DNA of 64,000 bases from Candidatus Nanoarchaeia archaeon (GTDB taxonomy: Archaea > Nanobdellota > Nanobdellia > Woesearchaeales > UBA10216): assembly GCA_028279045.1 (NCBI GenBank), contig JANQSZ010000023.1, forward strand, positions 248-64,247. Direction: 5' to 3'. Position numbers and translations under genes: made by a program. How positions within the stretch are numbered: position 1 is the first letter of the stretch; every line of letters starts with the position of its first letter. The notes beneath the pieces were generated by a model. That model saw only the letters and a list, made by a program, of their open reading frames with translations, was not told the origin of the DNA and searched no databases. Positions 35,201-43,425 of the stretch are shown in pieces.

Positions 35201-37447
35201 TGTTGCGTTTCCTAAACAGGTATCTTCTGCCATGTGATTTTGGAAGCAAGGGCTAACACAGCTTTCAAAGAAGTGTCCTTCAAAGTCGCCGCCAATATCA
35301 TCACCTTGCCAGTAACATCCGATTGCTTCGCACGCGCCTTGGCTTGCTTGTGCAGTGCTGTTATCTTCACATCGCACAAAATGTATTCCGTCACAGAATG
35401 ATTGGTCGCTGTTCCACGCACATCCTGGTGCAGTATTACAATCGCCTTCGTTTCCTTGACTGAAGCAGCTGCTCATTTGTGTTTGATTGAACACACAGAA
35501 TGTATCTGTTTCATACACACAAACATCTCCACCACCAGTAGCTTCACAAGCAGCTTGGTCGCTTTGTAGTGAGAAGTTCAAGAAACATTGTTCGCTAACA
35601 GGTCCGCAGTAGTTGAATCCTGTATCATCAGTGAGCCATGAACAAGCCGCAACTGCTGTACAGTTTCCTTGTGCTGCATCTTCTGCACCGTACGTAAATG
35701 GATCGTACTGGAAGCAATTACTCGTGTCAAAGGAAGATCCTGCGCAGAATGCATCTGAATTACATTTTGAGTCTGCGCAATCTGTTTTATCATTACCGTC
35801 GTTATCAATTCCATCGTAGCAAATTTCAAAGACACCATTTTCTGGTTTACAGAAAAATCCGTCGCTATCCCATGTACATCCGCCGTTTGCCGGCGAGGCA
35901 CCACAAGAGTTTGTATCAGGACACTGTGTGCAGTCTTGCAGACATCCTTTCTGTCCTTGGTCAATACAATGACTCGTTACGTTATCCCACTTACAGTCAG
36001 CAGGAGAGTTTGTACATGCTGATTCAGCGTCCTGGTGGAGGTTGCAATCACCACAGAAGCTTTCACAACTAGCTCCTGTAAAGCCACCGATTGGTTCGCA
36101 CCATCCGAAGCCATTGAAGGCGTTGGTGTCGTTTCTCATAGTACAACCAGCTTGAGAACCGGTACAGGCGTTGTTAGCCGCGTCTTGATCTGCCCATGCA
36201 CTACCATTTGATTGGTATTCACAAGCAAAGCACTCATGGCTACAGTCTACAAGAGATATGACCGTTAGATCTACTCCGCCGCTCCCAATTGCGTCAAAGT
36301 CCAGTACTTTAATTCCGAATTCACACCAGCTTTCACTGGTAAATTCGTTCAAGATTGGATTATATGTTGTTTCTGTCTGCCACGTTCCTCCGACGAGCTT
36401 ACAGCTGTTTTCATTGCTGATGTCATCGAAGTGTTCGAATTCTGATCCATCAAAGAAAAGATCAGTACATTTGTCTGTGGTGTTATCCCATCCACATGGC
36501 ATGAACCAGGTTTCTGCAAGGTCTAGACAAGCGGTTTGATTTGAAACATAGTCGCCTGAACTGCAGCTAAAGGTTGGTGGATCAGTAAGTTCTTCAAAAC
36601 TTCGGGATTTGTTGATCATGCACGTATTATTGTTTGGGTGCCAGCTACACAATCCTGTTCCTTCAGTATATGGTTGGTTTTCACAAAAGGATTGATTGAG
36701 AATAGATGTACAATTAAATCCAGCGCCAGGGACAAAGTCTGCTTGCGGCGTACATTTACCAAAGGATCCGATGTCTGCGTCCCATAAACAAACAGTATCT
36801 GAGACATTTGCACATGCTTGCTCTGGGAGGATTCCACATTCTGCTGGCGGTATGTCTTGGAAATCATCGAGGTCGCAGAACCCTTGTTGGTCCAACCAAT
36901 CACAGGAAGGATTCATTTGAGCTAAGCACGTGTCAATGATGCCATGCTGTCCACATTCAAGACCGACGCGGAAGGATGAGTTTCCAGATGCGTTGTTGAA
37001 CTGCCAATACAGCGTTGCATTGACATCTAAATTAGACGAGTTGATGTACAATGCACCGTATTGATCAGTATCTCCTAAGTAGATAGCGATCAGGTCAAGG
37101 CCTGTTGTAGTAATTGTACCGCCGTTAACATATGATTGTCCTCCGAAGGAAGTATAGTTGACATACGGGTTCCGGAACCATTCGTCGAGGAAATCTTGGT
37201 GGCTTTCTGCCCAATATCCTAGATAGTAAATAGACGCGTTGCTTGTCGCGGTAAATGTGAGCTGTCCAGAAACATTATCCATCTGCACATGGCCGTTCTC
37301 CATGACAGTCATGCTGGTGAAGTTGAAGTATGAGGAAGAATTTGCTGTTACGTCTTCAAGCACTGCATTCCCTGTGAAGGTAGCGCCAGTAACAACTGTA
37401 GTTAACAGAACGAATACACCTATAGCAATAACGCTAAACTTTTTCAA
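32204..37447 (-). CDS. giant Cys-rich cell-surface protein with signal peptide, Gly/Ser linker and C-terminal TM anchor
   Basis: 1747 aa. Signal peptide MKKFSVIAIGVFVLLTTVVTGATFTGNA, about 100 Cys in EGF/laminin-like spacing, and repeated CxD...DGxDxxDCxDxxC modules. Linker SSSSGGGGGGGSSGGGGGGG, acidic Pro/Glu stretch, then C-terminal helix FEIFIGIALLIIAIVVFAIFHGRKKD. Confidence 0.7.
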   Translation of the reverse strand: MKKFSVIAIGVFVLLTTVVTGATFTGNAVLEDVTANSSSYFNFTSMTVMENGHVQMDNVSGQLTFTATSNASIYYLGYWAESHQDFLDEWFRNPYVNYTSFGGQSYVNGGTITTTGLDLIAIYLGDTDQYGALYINSSNLDVNATLYWQFNNASGNSSFRVGLECGQHGIIDTCLAQMNPSCDWLDQQGFCDLDDFQDIPPAECGILPEQACANVSDTVCLWDADIGSFGKCTPQADFVPGAGFNCTSILNQSFCENQPYTEGTGLCSWHPNNNTCMINKSRSFEELTDPPTFSCSSGDYVSNQTACLDLAETWFMPCGWDNTTDKCTDLFFDGSEFEHFDDISNENSCKLVGGTWQTETTYNPILNEFTSESWCEFGIKVLDFDAIGSGGVDLTVISLVDCSHECFACEYQSNGSAWADQDAANNACTGSQAGCTMRNDTNAFNGFGWCEPIGGFTGASCESFCGDCNLHQDAESACTNSPADCKWDNVTSHCIDQGQKGCLQDCTQCPDTNSCGASPANGGCTWDSDGFFCKPENGVFEICYDGIDNDGNDKTDCADSKCNSDAFCAGSSFDTSNCFQYDPFTYGAEDAAQGNCTAVAACSWLTDDTGFNYCGPVSEQCFLNFSLQSDQAACEATGGGDVCVYETDTFCVFNQTQMSSCFSQGNEGDCNTAPGCAWNSDQSFCDGIHFVRCEDNSTAQASQGACEAIGCYWQGDDIGGDFEGHFFESCVSPCFQNHMAEDTCLGNATTLAAGSCVWQAGLCAPANFIGGCPDDDGDIASCQANSNCVWETQPFGPLKALNGSTSPEDFHQPGTQWIAFGLQKPIEGTGVSTYNLSSASSYLYMIQSNESAQTFDQNVSYLYCEGTRLMQYNYTNASCEAGVCDQYGTSVCDSSTVHYFLNTTTGELEALWEVSTDQLNLDGTLGNTIVSTTSQVATVAIDGNLGEHANESATAGDGTNATRVLTAPGFCDDQFQQQFFSDLESGPPVILAIDPPGDVSSEFVDINGMGVLKTENAYIYGIQLADLSGSSYCKNQPLSSGGTGQGENTSRYYIYLDTDGTETGGCTADDDTSLAGFEYLFKLVSQIDQTGDVTVTTLTQQCSSGSWVASNVPFKTDRQVACGEIGIAMFGIDKDTFVAKSNVNTEEGWRTYATAADAGGSTTNVNDTVGPNTADFKGIDAELVDCANPEDRDDPQCTKFKQFGFFPGEFGPACVDSVDNDGDGLTDCDDLDCAYDPFFCDGSFSSAEDDSSSPSFVSTKINNKVPTQLSFIFNTNEPANGSVLFYNQNSSCQNINTTILDGGLLDDESLTDYRPHHVADINGLSANTTYFYKFQSCDVAGNCAISRCSNVTTSTGHSNVTFKLDIPDGWVIHMPQLNLTNYSGQYALKASTEHLSDLNITISQPDNSSQITFSGLDIFEKQTLNVSEFVNADDYVGFDANQYQNLKQKTGVEEVTVVIPEAGDVIQHCDDSGENCQTVTDNLDCVEGTTTTTCVVPDAVGLGFSSYLASTSPSSSSSGGGGGGGSSGGGGGGGAAVIPKGVTYSRFYTELPVGTTSFAIPNEKIALRNIDIDMKAIAQNADFAITTLNTAPDEGGSLDAEVYEFIDISVQIPSSAIDDVVLTFSVDRTWLSERGAAVADVILYRYSTGAWQSLPTEFVSSDSLNHVFEARSPGFSTFAIGVEVEEEVEVVDVPSAPPEIAEEEPEPEPPEPIPDEPARFPFEIFIGIALLIIAIVVFAIFHGRKKD

Positions 37448-37509
37448 TACATCAACCCCTTTTACCCAACTATGGTTTCAATCAGAGTTTAAATAGTATA
37501 AAAACGTTT

Positions 37510-38820
37510 CTATCTGTTACTGCGAAAGTTAGGATTTCTGTTCCACTTATGTACTCGGGTGGATTCAGAGCGAGCTCCTTCGCGGTCATCACGCCGTCTT
37601 CCTCTACCAGTACGAGGTCCTCTGTTGTTTCCGCGTCCAGGTCCACGTCGTGCGTAATTGTTGCGAGGTCCTGCAGCATTCCGTGCAAAGTTTTTGTTCA
37701 CTTTGAACGCTACTTTTGGAAACTGAACCTTGTCTGCCTTCTTGACATCCATGTGGTATCGGTGTAGAATTTCATTGAACGCTTCATAATCTCGTGGTTC
37801 AAGGAGTGTGATTGCAGTTCCTGATGCTCCTGCTCGTGCTGTTCGTCCGACTCTATGCACGTATTCTTGCGGATCATTTGAGAGTCCATAGTTGAATACA
37901 TGTGAGACATACTTGATGTCCAGTCCCCGTGCAGCAACTGCCGATGCTACCAAGATTTCTGGCTTTCCTTTGTTGAAGTTCTCAACAATTCTCAACCGTT
38001 TAGCTTGTGGTAGTTTACCATGCAGTGCTTCTGCTCGAATTCCTTGATCTTTCAAGTTCCGAGTCAGTGATTCTACATTTCCTCTCGTTGCGCAAAAGAT
38101 AATCACGCGGTCAGTGTCTTCTTTCTTCAGCAAATGCACCAGTAGAGAAAATTTCTCATGCGGTTGCACGTCGTAATATTTTTGTTCAAGAAAGTCTTCT
38201 TTGACATGAGCAGCTGCTTTTGCTGTCTCAGGATTGTTCATGTGTTTCCGCTTCAGGTGGTTAATCTCGTCGGAAATAGTAGCTCCAAACAACAATACCT
38301 GCTTGTTCTTCGGTGCTTGTGACATGATTCTCTCAATATCATTGATGAATCCCATGTCAACCATTTTGTCAGCTTCATCCAACACTACACAAGTAATGTC
38401 TTTCAATCCAACATTTCCTTGTTGCATGTGATCTAAGAATCGTCCTGTTGTCGAAACAACAATCTCTGCTTTTCGCATGTCACGAATTTGTGGTTCATAT
38501 CCAACGCCGCCGTACACAGTAGCAATGTTACAATGTACATGCTTTGCAAACTTGGCAAGTTCTGCACTAATTTGCACTGCCAGTTCTCGTGTTGGTGCAA
38601 GAATCAATACCTGCAATCCTTTGTTTGGCTGAATTTTCTCAATAACAGGAATCCCAAACGCTGCTGTTTTACCAGATCCAGTGTTGGAAATAGCTACCAA
38701 GTCTTTTCCCGATAACACAATAGGAATTGCTAATTTCTGAATTTTTGTTGGCGATGTGATGCCATGATCTTTTAATGCTCTAATAACTTCAGGTCTAATA
38801 TTTAGTAGTTCAAATGTCAT
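37510..38820 (-). CDS. DEAD-box ATP-dependent RNA helicase with C-terminal Arg/Gly/Asn-rich tail
   Basis: Q-motif region, GSGKTAAF, PTRELA, DEAD, SAT and HRVGRTARAG motifs, plus an RGG/RNR-rich tail. Confidence 0.85.
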   Translation of the reverse strand: MTFELLNIRPEVIRALKDHGITSPTKIQKLAIPIVLSGKDLVAISNTGSGKTAAFGIPVIEKIQPNKGLQVLILAPTRELAVQISAELAKFAKHVHCNIATVYGGVGYEPQIRDMRKAEIVVSTTGRFLDHMQQGNVGLKDITCVVLDEADKMVDMGFINDIERIMSQAPKNKQVLLFGATISDEINHLKRKHMNNPETAKAAAHVKEDFLEQKYYDVQPHEKFSLLVHLLKKEDTDRVIIFCATRGNVESLTRNLKDQGIRAEALHGKLPQAKRLRIVENFNKGKPEILVASAVAARGLDIKYVSHVFNYGLSNDPQEYVHRVGRTARAGASGTAITLLEPRDYEAFNEILHRYHMDVKKADKVQFPKVAFKVNKNFARNAAGPRNNYARRGPGRGNNRGPRTGRGRRRDDREGARSESTRVHKWNRNPNFRSNR

Positions 38821-38833
38821 ATTTTTTCTCCGT

Positions 38834-38880
38834 AATGTAGGGTTTTTTGGTGAAACAGAATGAGCTTAATCCAAAAACCC
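38834..38880 (-). promoter_or_regulatory. 10-bp inverted repeat/hairpin (GGGTTTTTGG...CCAAAAACCC) between the Kazal-protein stop and the helicase start; possible terminator or 5'-UTR structure
   Basis: Perfect stem with a 20-nt loop, T-rich on both arms. Confidence 0.3.
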
Positions 38881-38940
38881 TCTGTCTCTTCTACGTTATA
38901 AGAGTATGAGGTCAGCGTCCCTTTATAAGGCTTCCGGTAG

Positions 38941-39675
38941 TCACTTCTTCTTGCGTTTTCGTGGCTTCTTCGCTGCCGAAGCAGGAATCGCAGTCTTCAC
39001 TGGCTTCTTTTTGTCTTTTCCTGCGAGTAAGAAAGCTCCTCCAATAGCGAGAAGGATGATAAGCAATACAATTGAAACAGCTCCTGAAGAAAGCTCTCCT
39101 TCACTTGGTACCTGTGGTTCAGGTTCCTCAACTTCTTCTGGCTGTTCTGGTTCCGTATCCTCTACAACAACTTCAAATGCAGGTGGTGTTGGTGGCAAAT
39201 CTGCTGTTCTACAAGGACATTCCCCTGCACATTCAACACCCACGTTGTCCAGTTCACTAAAGCATTCGTTGCTGTACGTCTGTCCATTTTCTCCACAGAC
39301 CGGCTGATAGTTTTCAGGACAGAAGTCATTATCTTCTTGGATGTCCTGCGGCGCTTCAATGTTTGGTTCTGCTGTTTCTTGCACATTCACATACCCAACG
39401 CCATTAAACACAACGTCAACGAGTTGATATCGTCCTGGTTCATCAAAGGTAACTTCTGTACTTTCTCCTGGTTCAAATCGCTCAGAAGTAAAGTACATTG
39501 TGCGGATGCGCAATACAGAATACGAAGGGTTGTCGTTTACAAATGTAACCGTTTCGCCTTGATTGATTATGATTTCTTCGGGTTCAACAGTACCAGGTGT
39601 TAATGTCATGGTTTGAGCAGCGACAAATGAGCTCAGTAACAGAAACAGTACACTTACGATAATCGCTTTCCCCAT
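38941..39675 (-). CDS. secreted membrane-anchored protein with Kazal-type protease-inhibitor domain
   Basis: Signal peptide MGKAIIVSVLFLLLSSFVAAQ. Kazal signature CPENYQPVCGENGQTYSNECFSELDNVGVECAGECPC (C-x7-C-x6-Y-x3-C). C-terminal TM helix plus KKPRKRKKK tail. Confidence 0.6.
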   Translation of the reverse strand: MGKAIIVSVLFLLLSSFVAAQTMTLTPGTVEPEEIIINQGETVTFVNDNPSYSVLRIRTMYFTSERFEPGESTEVTFDEPGRYQLVDVVFNGVGYVNVQETAEPNIEAPQDIQEDNDFCPENYQPVCGENGQTYSNECFSELDNVGVECAGECPCRTADLPPTPPAFEVVVEDTEPEQPEEVEEPEPQVPSEGELSSGAVSIVLLIILLAIGGAFLLAGKDKKKPVKTAIPASAAKKPRKRKKK

Positions 39676-39712
39676 ACAGCTCTTCGAGCTGAGTAGCTAT
39701 ATAAAGGTTACG

Positions 39713-40519
39713 CTAGAATAAATTCGCAAACCAGTCAAGAATACTACCAAAAAATCCTTTTGGTGGCTCAGGTTCTTCGATGAGCTCTGGAATAGGTTCC
39801 TCGATAAGTTCCGGCTCAGGTTCTGGCTCTGCAACCGTACACCGATGATTTTCAGCAACAGTTCCTTCTGGACAATCAAGCGCTTCACATCCAATAGTGA
39901 TACTACATTTTTCATTGTCAGCACAATCATCATGCGTGTTACAACTTGGCACGACAAGTTTCTGTTCTTCTTCAGCTTCAGGAAACAATCCTCGCAATCC
40001 TGGTTCGGTGATTTCCGGTTCGTCGAGATCGCCAACAACTTCAACTTCGTCGCTTTCTATTTCGTTTTCAGTGTGCTGCGCAAGTGCAACTGCTGCTTTC
40101 CTCGTGTCAGCACCCGAGTGCCCAGCAACAACAATAATGACGTTGCCGTCTTCTTCAAATGTCTTGATCACAGAAAGTCCTTCATTCAATCCAAGCATGC
40201 AATCATCGTCTTCCATGTACTCCATGACTAACGGATTGTTACACCCATTTCCGACAAGAATCAGATTTGAATCAAGTGTTGCTTCTGAAAGTAATGTCGC
40301 TTTAATGTCTGCGTACGGTGCGTTCACTTTCAAGTTGGTAGCAATTTCCAATGCTGCAAGCGTATCCGAACTTGGTGATTCATCACCAACAACAATTTCT
40401 CCATCGAAATCTTCGCCAACAATGAACGGCGAAGGGTATTCAGAAAGGTCATACGCTGCTACAGAAGTAGCCATAACCAACAACACGAACACAAAAATGA
40501 ATTTCATACGTATTCTCAA
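39713..40519 (-). CDS. secreted hypothetical protein with C-terminal Cys-rich module and acidic Pro/Glu tail
   Basis: Signal peptide MKFIFVFVLLVMATSVAA. Cys-rich module CNTHDDCADNEKCSITIGCEALDCPEGT...HRCT followed by EPEPEPELIEEPIPELIEEPEPP. Confidence 0.5.
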   Translation of the reverse strand: MRIRMKFIFVFVLLVMATSVAAYDLSEYPSPFIVGEDFDGEIVVGDESPSSDTLAALEIATNLKVNAPYADIKATLLSEATLDSNLILVGNGCNNPLVMEYMEDDDCMLGLNEGLSVIKTFEEDGNVIIVVAGHSGADTRKAAVALAQHTENEIESDEVEVVGDLDEPEITEPGLRGLFPEAEEEQKLVVPSCNTHDDCADNEKCSITIGCEALDCPEGTVAENHRCTVAEPEPEPELIEEPIPELIEEPEPPKGFFGSILDWFANLF

Positions 40520-40531
40520 GATTCAACCTAT

Positions 40532-41215
40532 TTAAGATTTTTGTACTTTCTCTACGACTTTCAGCAAATCAGTGATGTTTCTCAACTCATAGTCTGCTTT
40601 TGAATCTTTTGCAGGTCGCAAAGCGCCATATCGCGCAAACACAGATGTGATGCCAAGCTTGTTCGCTCCTCGGATGTCGCGTTCTGCCCAGTCCCCCACC
40701 ATCATGCATTCATCAGGAGTTACTTTCAGCATCTTCATTGCTTTTTCAAACGGTTCTGGATTTGGCTTGTATTTCTTAGTATCCTCAAACGTTACCACAA
40801 CGTCAAAGAAGTCATGCAATTTCAATTCTACAAGTCGTATCCATGCTTTCAAGCGCGGCGCGTCAGTTACAATTGCGAGTTTCAATCCTTGTTCTCGTAA
40901 TTTGATCAGCGTCGGCATAACCGTTCCGTAAGGCTCCATGATGCCTGCTTGTTGTTTCCGGTATGCAACAATGCCGCTCGCTAGAATTTTATACTCAACT
41001 TTCTTGTCAACTTTCTGTAAAAACTTCTGAAAGATTTCGTGATGTTCAATTCCGTATTTGTCATACAATTCATACAATGTTCTGCGAGCTTTAATTTGGT
41101 CCATCGGCAGTCCTGCTGCAATCATTGCATTCAGTGCAGCGTCAACAGAACTCTTTTTCACGTGCATAAAGTCAATAAGTGTGTTGTCAAGATCGAATAG
41201 AACTGCTTTCAACAT
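40532..41215 (-). CDS. HAD-superfamily hydrolase (subfamily IA, phosphatase-like)
   Basis: Motif I LFDLDNTL at the N-terminus, motif II TD (IVTDA), motif III K, and motif IV GDWAERD. Confidence 0.8.
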   Translation of the reverse strand: MLKAVLFDLDNTLIDFMHVKKSSVDAALNAMIAAGLPMDQIKARRTLYELYDKYGIEHHEIFQKFLQKVDKKVEYKILASGIVAYRKQQAGIMEPYGTVMPTLIKLREQGLKLAIVTDAPRLKAWIRLVELKLHDFFDVVVTFEDTKKYKPNPEPFEKAMKMLKVTPDECMMVGDWAERDIRGANKLGITSVFARYGALRPAKDSKADYELRNITDLLKVVEKVQKS

Positions 41216-41302
41216 GCTATTTCCAAATCTTCCTTCTTAATAAGGTTTATTGTCTTTTAATCGGATAACAAGTTTTTTATATCCTCCTAGAATAGTGGAC
41301 GT

Positions 41303-41977
41303 ATGTCATTCATGGACAACCTGGCAGATTCGTTTCGAATGCTTATCCTGCGTGAAGATGCGGTAAAACGCATCGCAAATACAGGGGGTCTAGGTGGCGG
41401 AATTTTGTTCTACGCGCTTATGGCAACGGTAGCCTATGTTTTTTCTTTACTTATCCAGTTTGGATTCCTCGGCGCATTTGCTGGGTTTTTGTCTCCAGAA
41501 GAAGTTGCAATGTCCATGGCCGACATGGTGTTCTCGCTTATACTAGCACCATTCCAAATTATTGGAAGTGTCATTGGGCTATTCATCGGCGTCGGTATTA
41601 CCTTCCTCTTTGCTAAACTGCTTGGCGGCAACGGGCTCTACACAAACCTTGTCAAGTTATACGCATTTCTAGGCGGTGCACAATCCGTCGTTTCCTTGGT
41701 TGTCACGCCAGTGGCCTTGCTTTTCGTATTCCTAATAATGGCGGCTCTGGCAGAACCAGCACTTCTCGTGCTCGTCATCATCCTGGCGATTGTTGCTATC
41801 GTCGCACTCATTGTTTGGCAATTCGCCTTGCAAATCATGGTAGTGAGCGTGATCATGCGCATGTCAAAGGGCCGCGCATTCCTCGCAATCATTTTACCAG
41901 CAATTATCATTGTCTTCATCATGCTGATCGTTGTGCTGTTCATTGTAGCAGTTATTGGTTCTTTAGCAACCCTTTAA
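41303..41977 (+). CDS. Yip1-like multi-pass membrane protein
   Basis: 224 aa with about five hydrophobic helices after a soluble N-terminal segment. Confidence 0.45.
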   Translation: MSFMDNLADSFRMLILREDAVKRIANTGGLGGGILFYALMATVAYVFSLLIQFGFLGAFAGFLSPEEVAMSMADMVFSLILAPFQIIGSVIGLFIGVGITFLFAKLLGGNGLYTNLVKLYAFLGGAQSVVSLVVTPVALLFVFLIMAALAEPALLVLVIILAIVAIVALIVWQFALQIMVVSVIMRMSKGRAFLAIILPAIIIVFIMLIVVLFIVAVIGSLATL

Positions 41978-41983
41978 CCTCAA

Positions 41984-41996
41984 AAGCTTTATATAC
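41984..41996 (+). promoter_or_regulatory. TATA box (GCTTTATATAC) with downstream Shine-Dalgarno-like AGGTG 5-9 nt before the ATG at 42031
   Basis: TATA lies 36-44 nt upstream of the ATG, and AGGTG sits at 42022-42026. This gene appears to have a short leader rather than being leaderless. Confidence 0.4.
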
Positions 41997-42030
41997 CAAG
42001 TTCTCTGTTAGTAGTTAAAAAGAGGTGTAA

Positions 42031-42840
42031 ATGGAGTTTCCGGTAAAGAAACCTGGTCCACAGAACTTAGGCAAGTACCCTAAGGAAGAGCTGGATCTTG
42101 CATACAAATTCGCAAAGCAAGCGTATGATGAATTTGGCGATATTGTCAAAGCCATCGTGCTCTTCGGCTCTGCAGCCAGAAATGCAGCAAAGCCAACCGG
42201 AGATATTGATATTCTCATTATTGTTGATGACGTTACTATTGATTTTTCCCGCGATATTGTAGAAACATATCGCATCATTACACAGAAACTTGTTGCAGAT
42301 ATCAGTCCGCGCCTCCACGTCACAACATTAAGAATCACTTCGTTCTGGGAGTATGTACGCGCTGGTGATCCTGTCGCAATTAACGTATTGCGGGATGGTA
42401 TCGCACTCCTCGACACCGGTTTCTACGACCCACTCCGCTCATTGTTAGCACGAGGCCGTATCAGGCCAACTAACGAAGCGATCTGGACATATTTTAGCCG
42501 TGCTCCGAAGACATTAAACAATTCTCGTTGGCACATTATGCAAGCTACACTTGATTTGTACTGGGCTGTCATAGATTCTGCCCATGCAGCGTTAATGGCA
42601 CAGGGCGAGACACCACCAAGTCCGGAACACGTAGCAGATATGCTCGAGGAAAAACTTGCAAAGAAGAAACTCATCGGCAAGAAAGAAGCAGATATCATGC
42701 GAAAGTTCTACAAGCTCCAAAAAGACATTATGTATCGTAATGTCAAGATCATTACCGGTCAAGAGTACGAAGATTATCTGAAAGATGCAGAGGCATTTGT
42801 AAAGGCAGTCGAAGCATTCATTAATGATAAGAAAAAGTAG
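42031..42840 (+). CDS. nucleotidyltransferase-domain protein (minimal NTase fused to C-terminal helical HEPN/KNTase-like domain)
   Basis: Polymerase-beta-like motif GSAARNAAKPTGDIDILII and a second acidic residue (DD) at the N-terminus. The C-terminal alpha-helical domain carries an R-x-H segment (NSRWHIMQATL). Confidence 0.6.
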   Translation: MEFPVKKPGPQNLGKYPKEELDLAYKFAKQAYDEFGDIVKAIVLFGSAARNAAKPTGDIDILIIVDDVTIDFSRDIVETYRIITQKLVADISPRLHVTTLRITSFWEYVRAGDPVAINVLRDGIALLDTGFYDPLRSLLARGRIRPTNEAIWTYFSRAPKTLNNSRWHIMQATLDLYWAVIDSAHAALMAQGETPPSPEHVADMLEEKLAKKKLIGKKEADIMRKFYKLQKDIMYRNVKIITGQEYEDYLKDAEAFVKAVEAFINDKKK

Positions 42841-42846
42841 AGTTCT

Positions 42847-43425
42847 ATGTTCGATCTGGACAAAAAATCACAACTAGCAAAGAAGGATCGCTCTAAAAAA
42901 GGCAGCGTTGACGCTCAGATCAAGCCTCTTATTACTGCGATAAACAAACATCCTGATTACTATACCACAAGCAGTTGCGCAGGCAGAATCGTTCTTTTCT
43001 CCCCCGATAGAAAGGATCGCTTCAACATGTTGCTTGTTTCTCATTCCCGAATATCCTTAAAGCGGCTCAACGAAGCGCTAGAAAACATTCCGAAAAGCGA
43101 TGTTTATCTCCGTCAGGAGTCGTTCATCTTGCACGTTGCATGCCGCAATATGGATGCAGCAGAGAAGCTTCTCAAGCTTGCTCAATCACATGGATTAAAA
43201 CGTGCAGGAATTATTAGTACTAAGAGAATTATCGTCGAGTTAGTCAGTACAGAACACTTCGATTCGATTATAGCTGAAAATGGACATGTGCTCATTGATC
43301 AAATATATCTAAAAGTTCTTTTATCGAGAGCACATGAGAAAATGAAAAAAAATAAAATAAAAACAAGTTACTTCTGTAGAAGTTTTATTGCCAAGATGAT
43401 TGCCAAGACAATCACGACTAGGTAA
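42847..43425 (+). CDS. taw3: tRNA wybutosine-synthesizing protein 3 homolog (Taw3/TYW3-like methyltransferase)
   Basis: 192 aa. The SSCAGRI motif and surrounding pattern (YYTTSSCAGRIVLF...FILHVAC) match TYW3. Confidence 0.65.
   Translation: MFDLDKKSQLAKKDRSKKGSVDAQIKPLITAINKHPDYYTTSSCAGRIVLFSPDRKDRFNMLLVSHSRISLKRLNEALENIPKSDVYLRQESFILHVACRNMDAAEKLLKLAQSHGLKRAGIISTKRIIVELVSTEHFDSIIAENGHVLIDQIYLKVLLSRAHEKMKKNKIKTSYFCRSFIAKMIAKTITTR
43340..43367 (-). terminator. oligo-T run (on the minus strand) immediately after the stop of the 43368-45074 gene
   Basis: The plus-strand A-rich tract AAATGAAAAAAAATAAAATAAAAACAAG is T-rich on the minus strand, directly 3' of the stop at 43368-43370. Confidence 0.4.

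Noticed and set aside
38906-39307. 133-aa plus-strand ORF
   Set aside because: It is antisense to the Kazal-domain gene and has low-complexity Ser/Gly composition.
39697-40535. Two overlapping ORFs (115 aa minus strand; 128 and 212 aa plus strand) around the 39713-40519 gene
   Set aside because: They are alternate-frame or antisense products of the secreted-protein gene. Only the 268-aa frame has a signal peptide and coherent composition.
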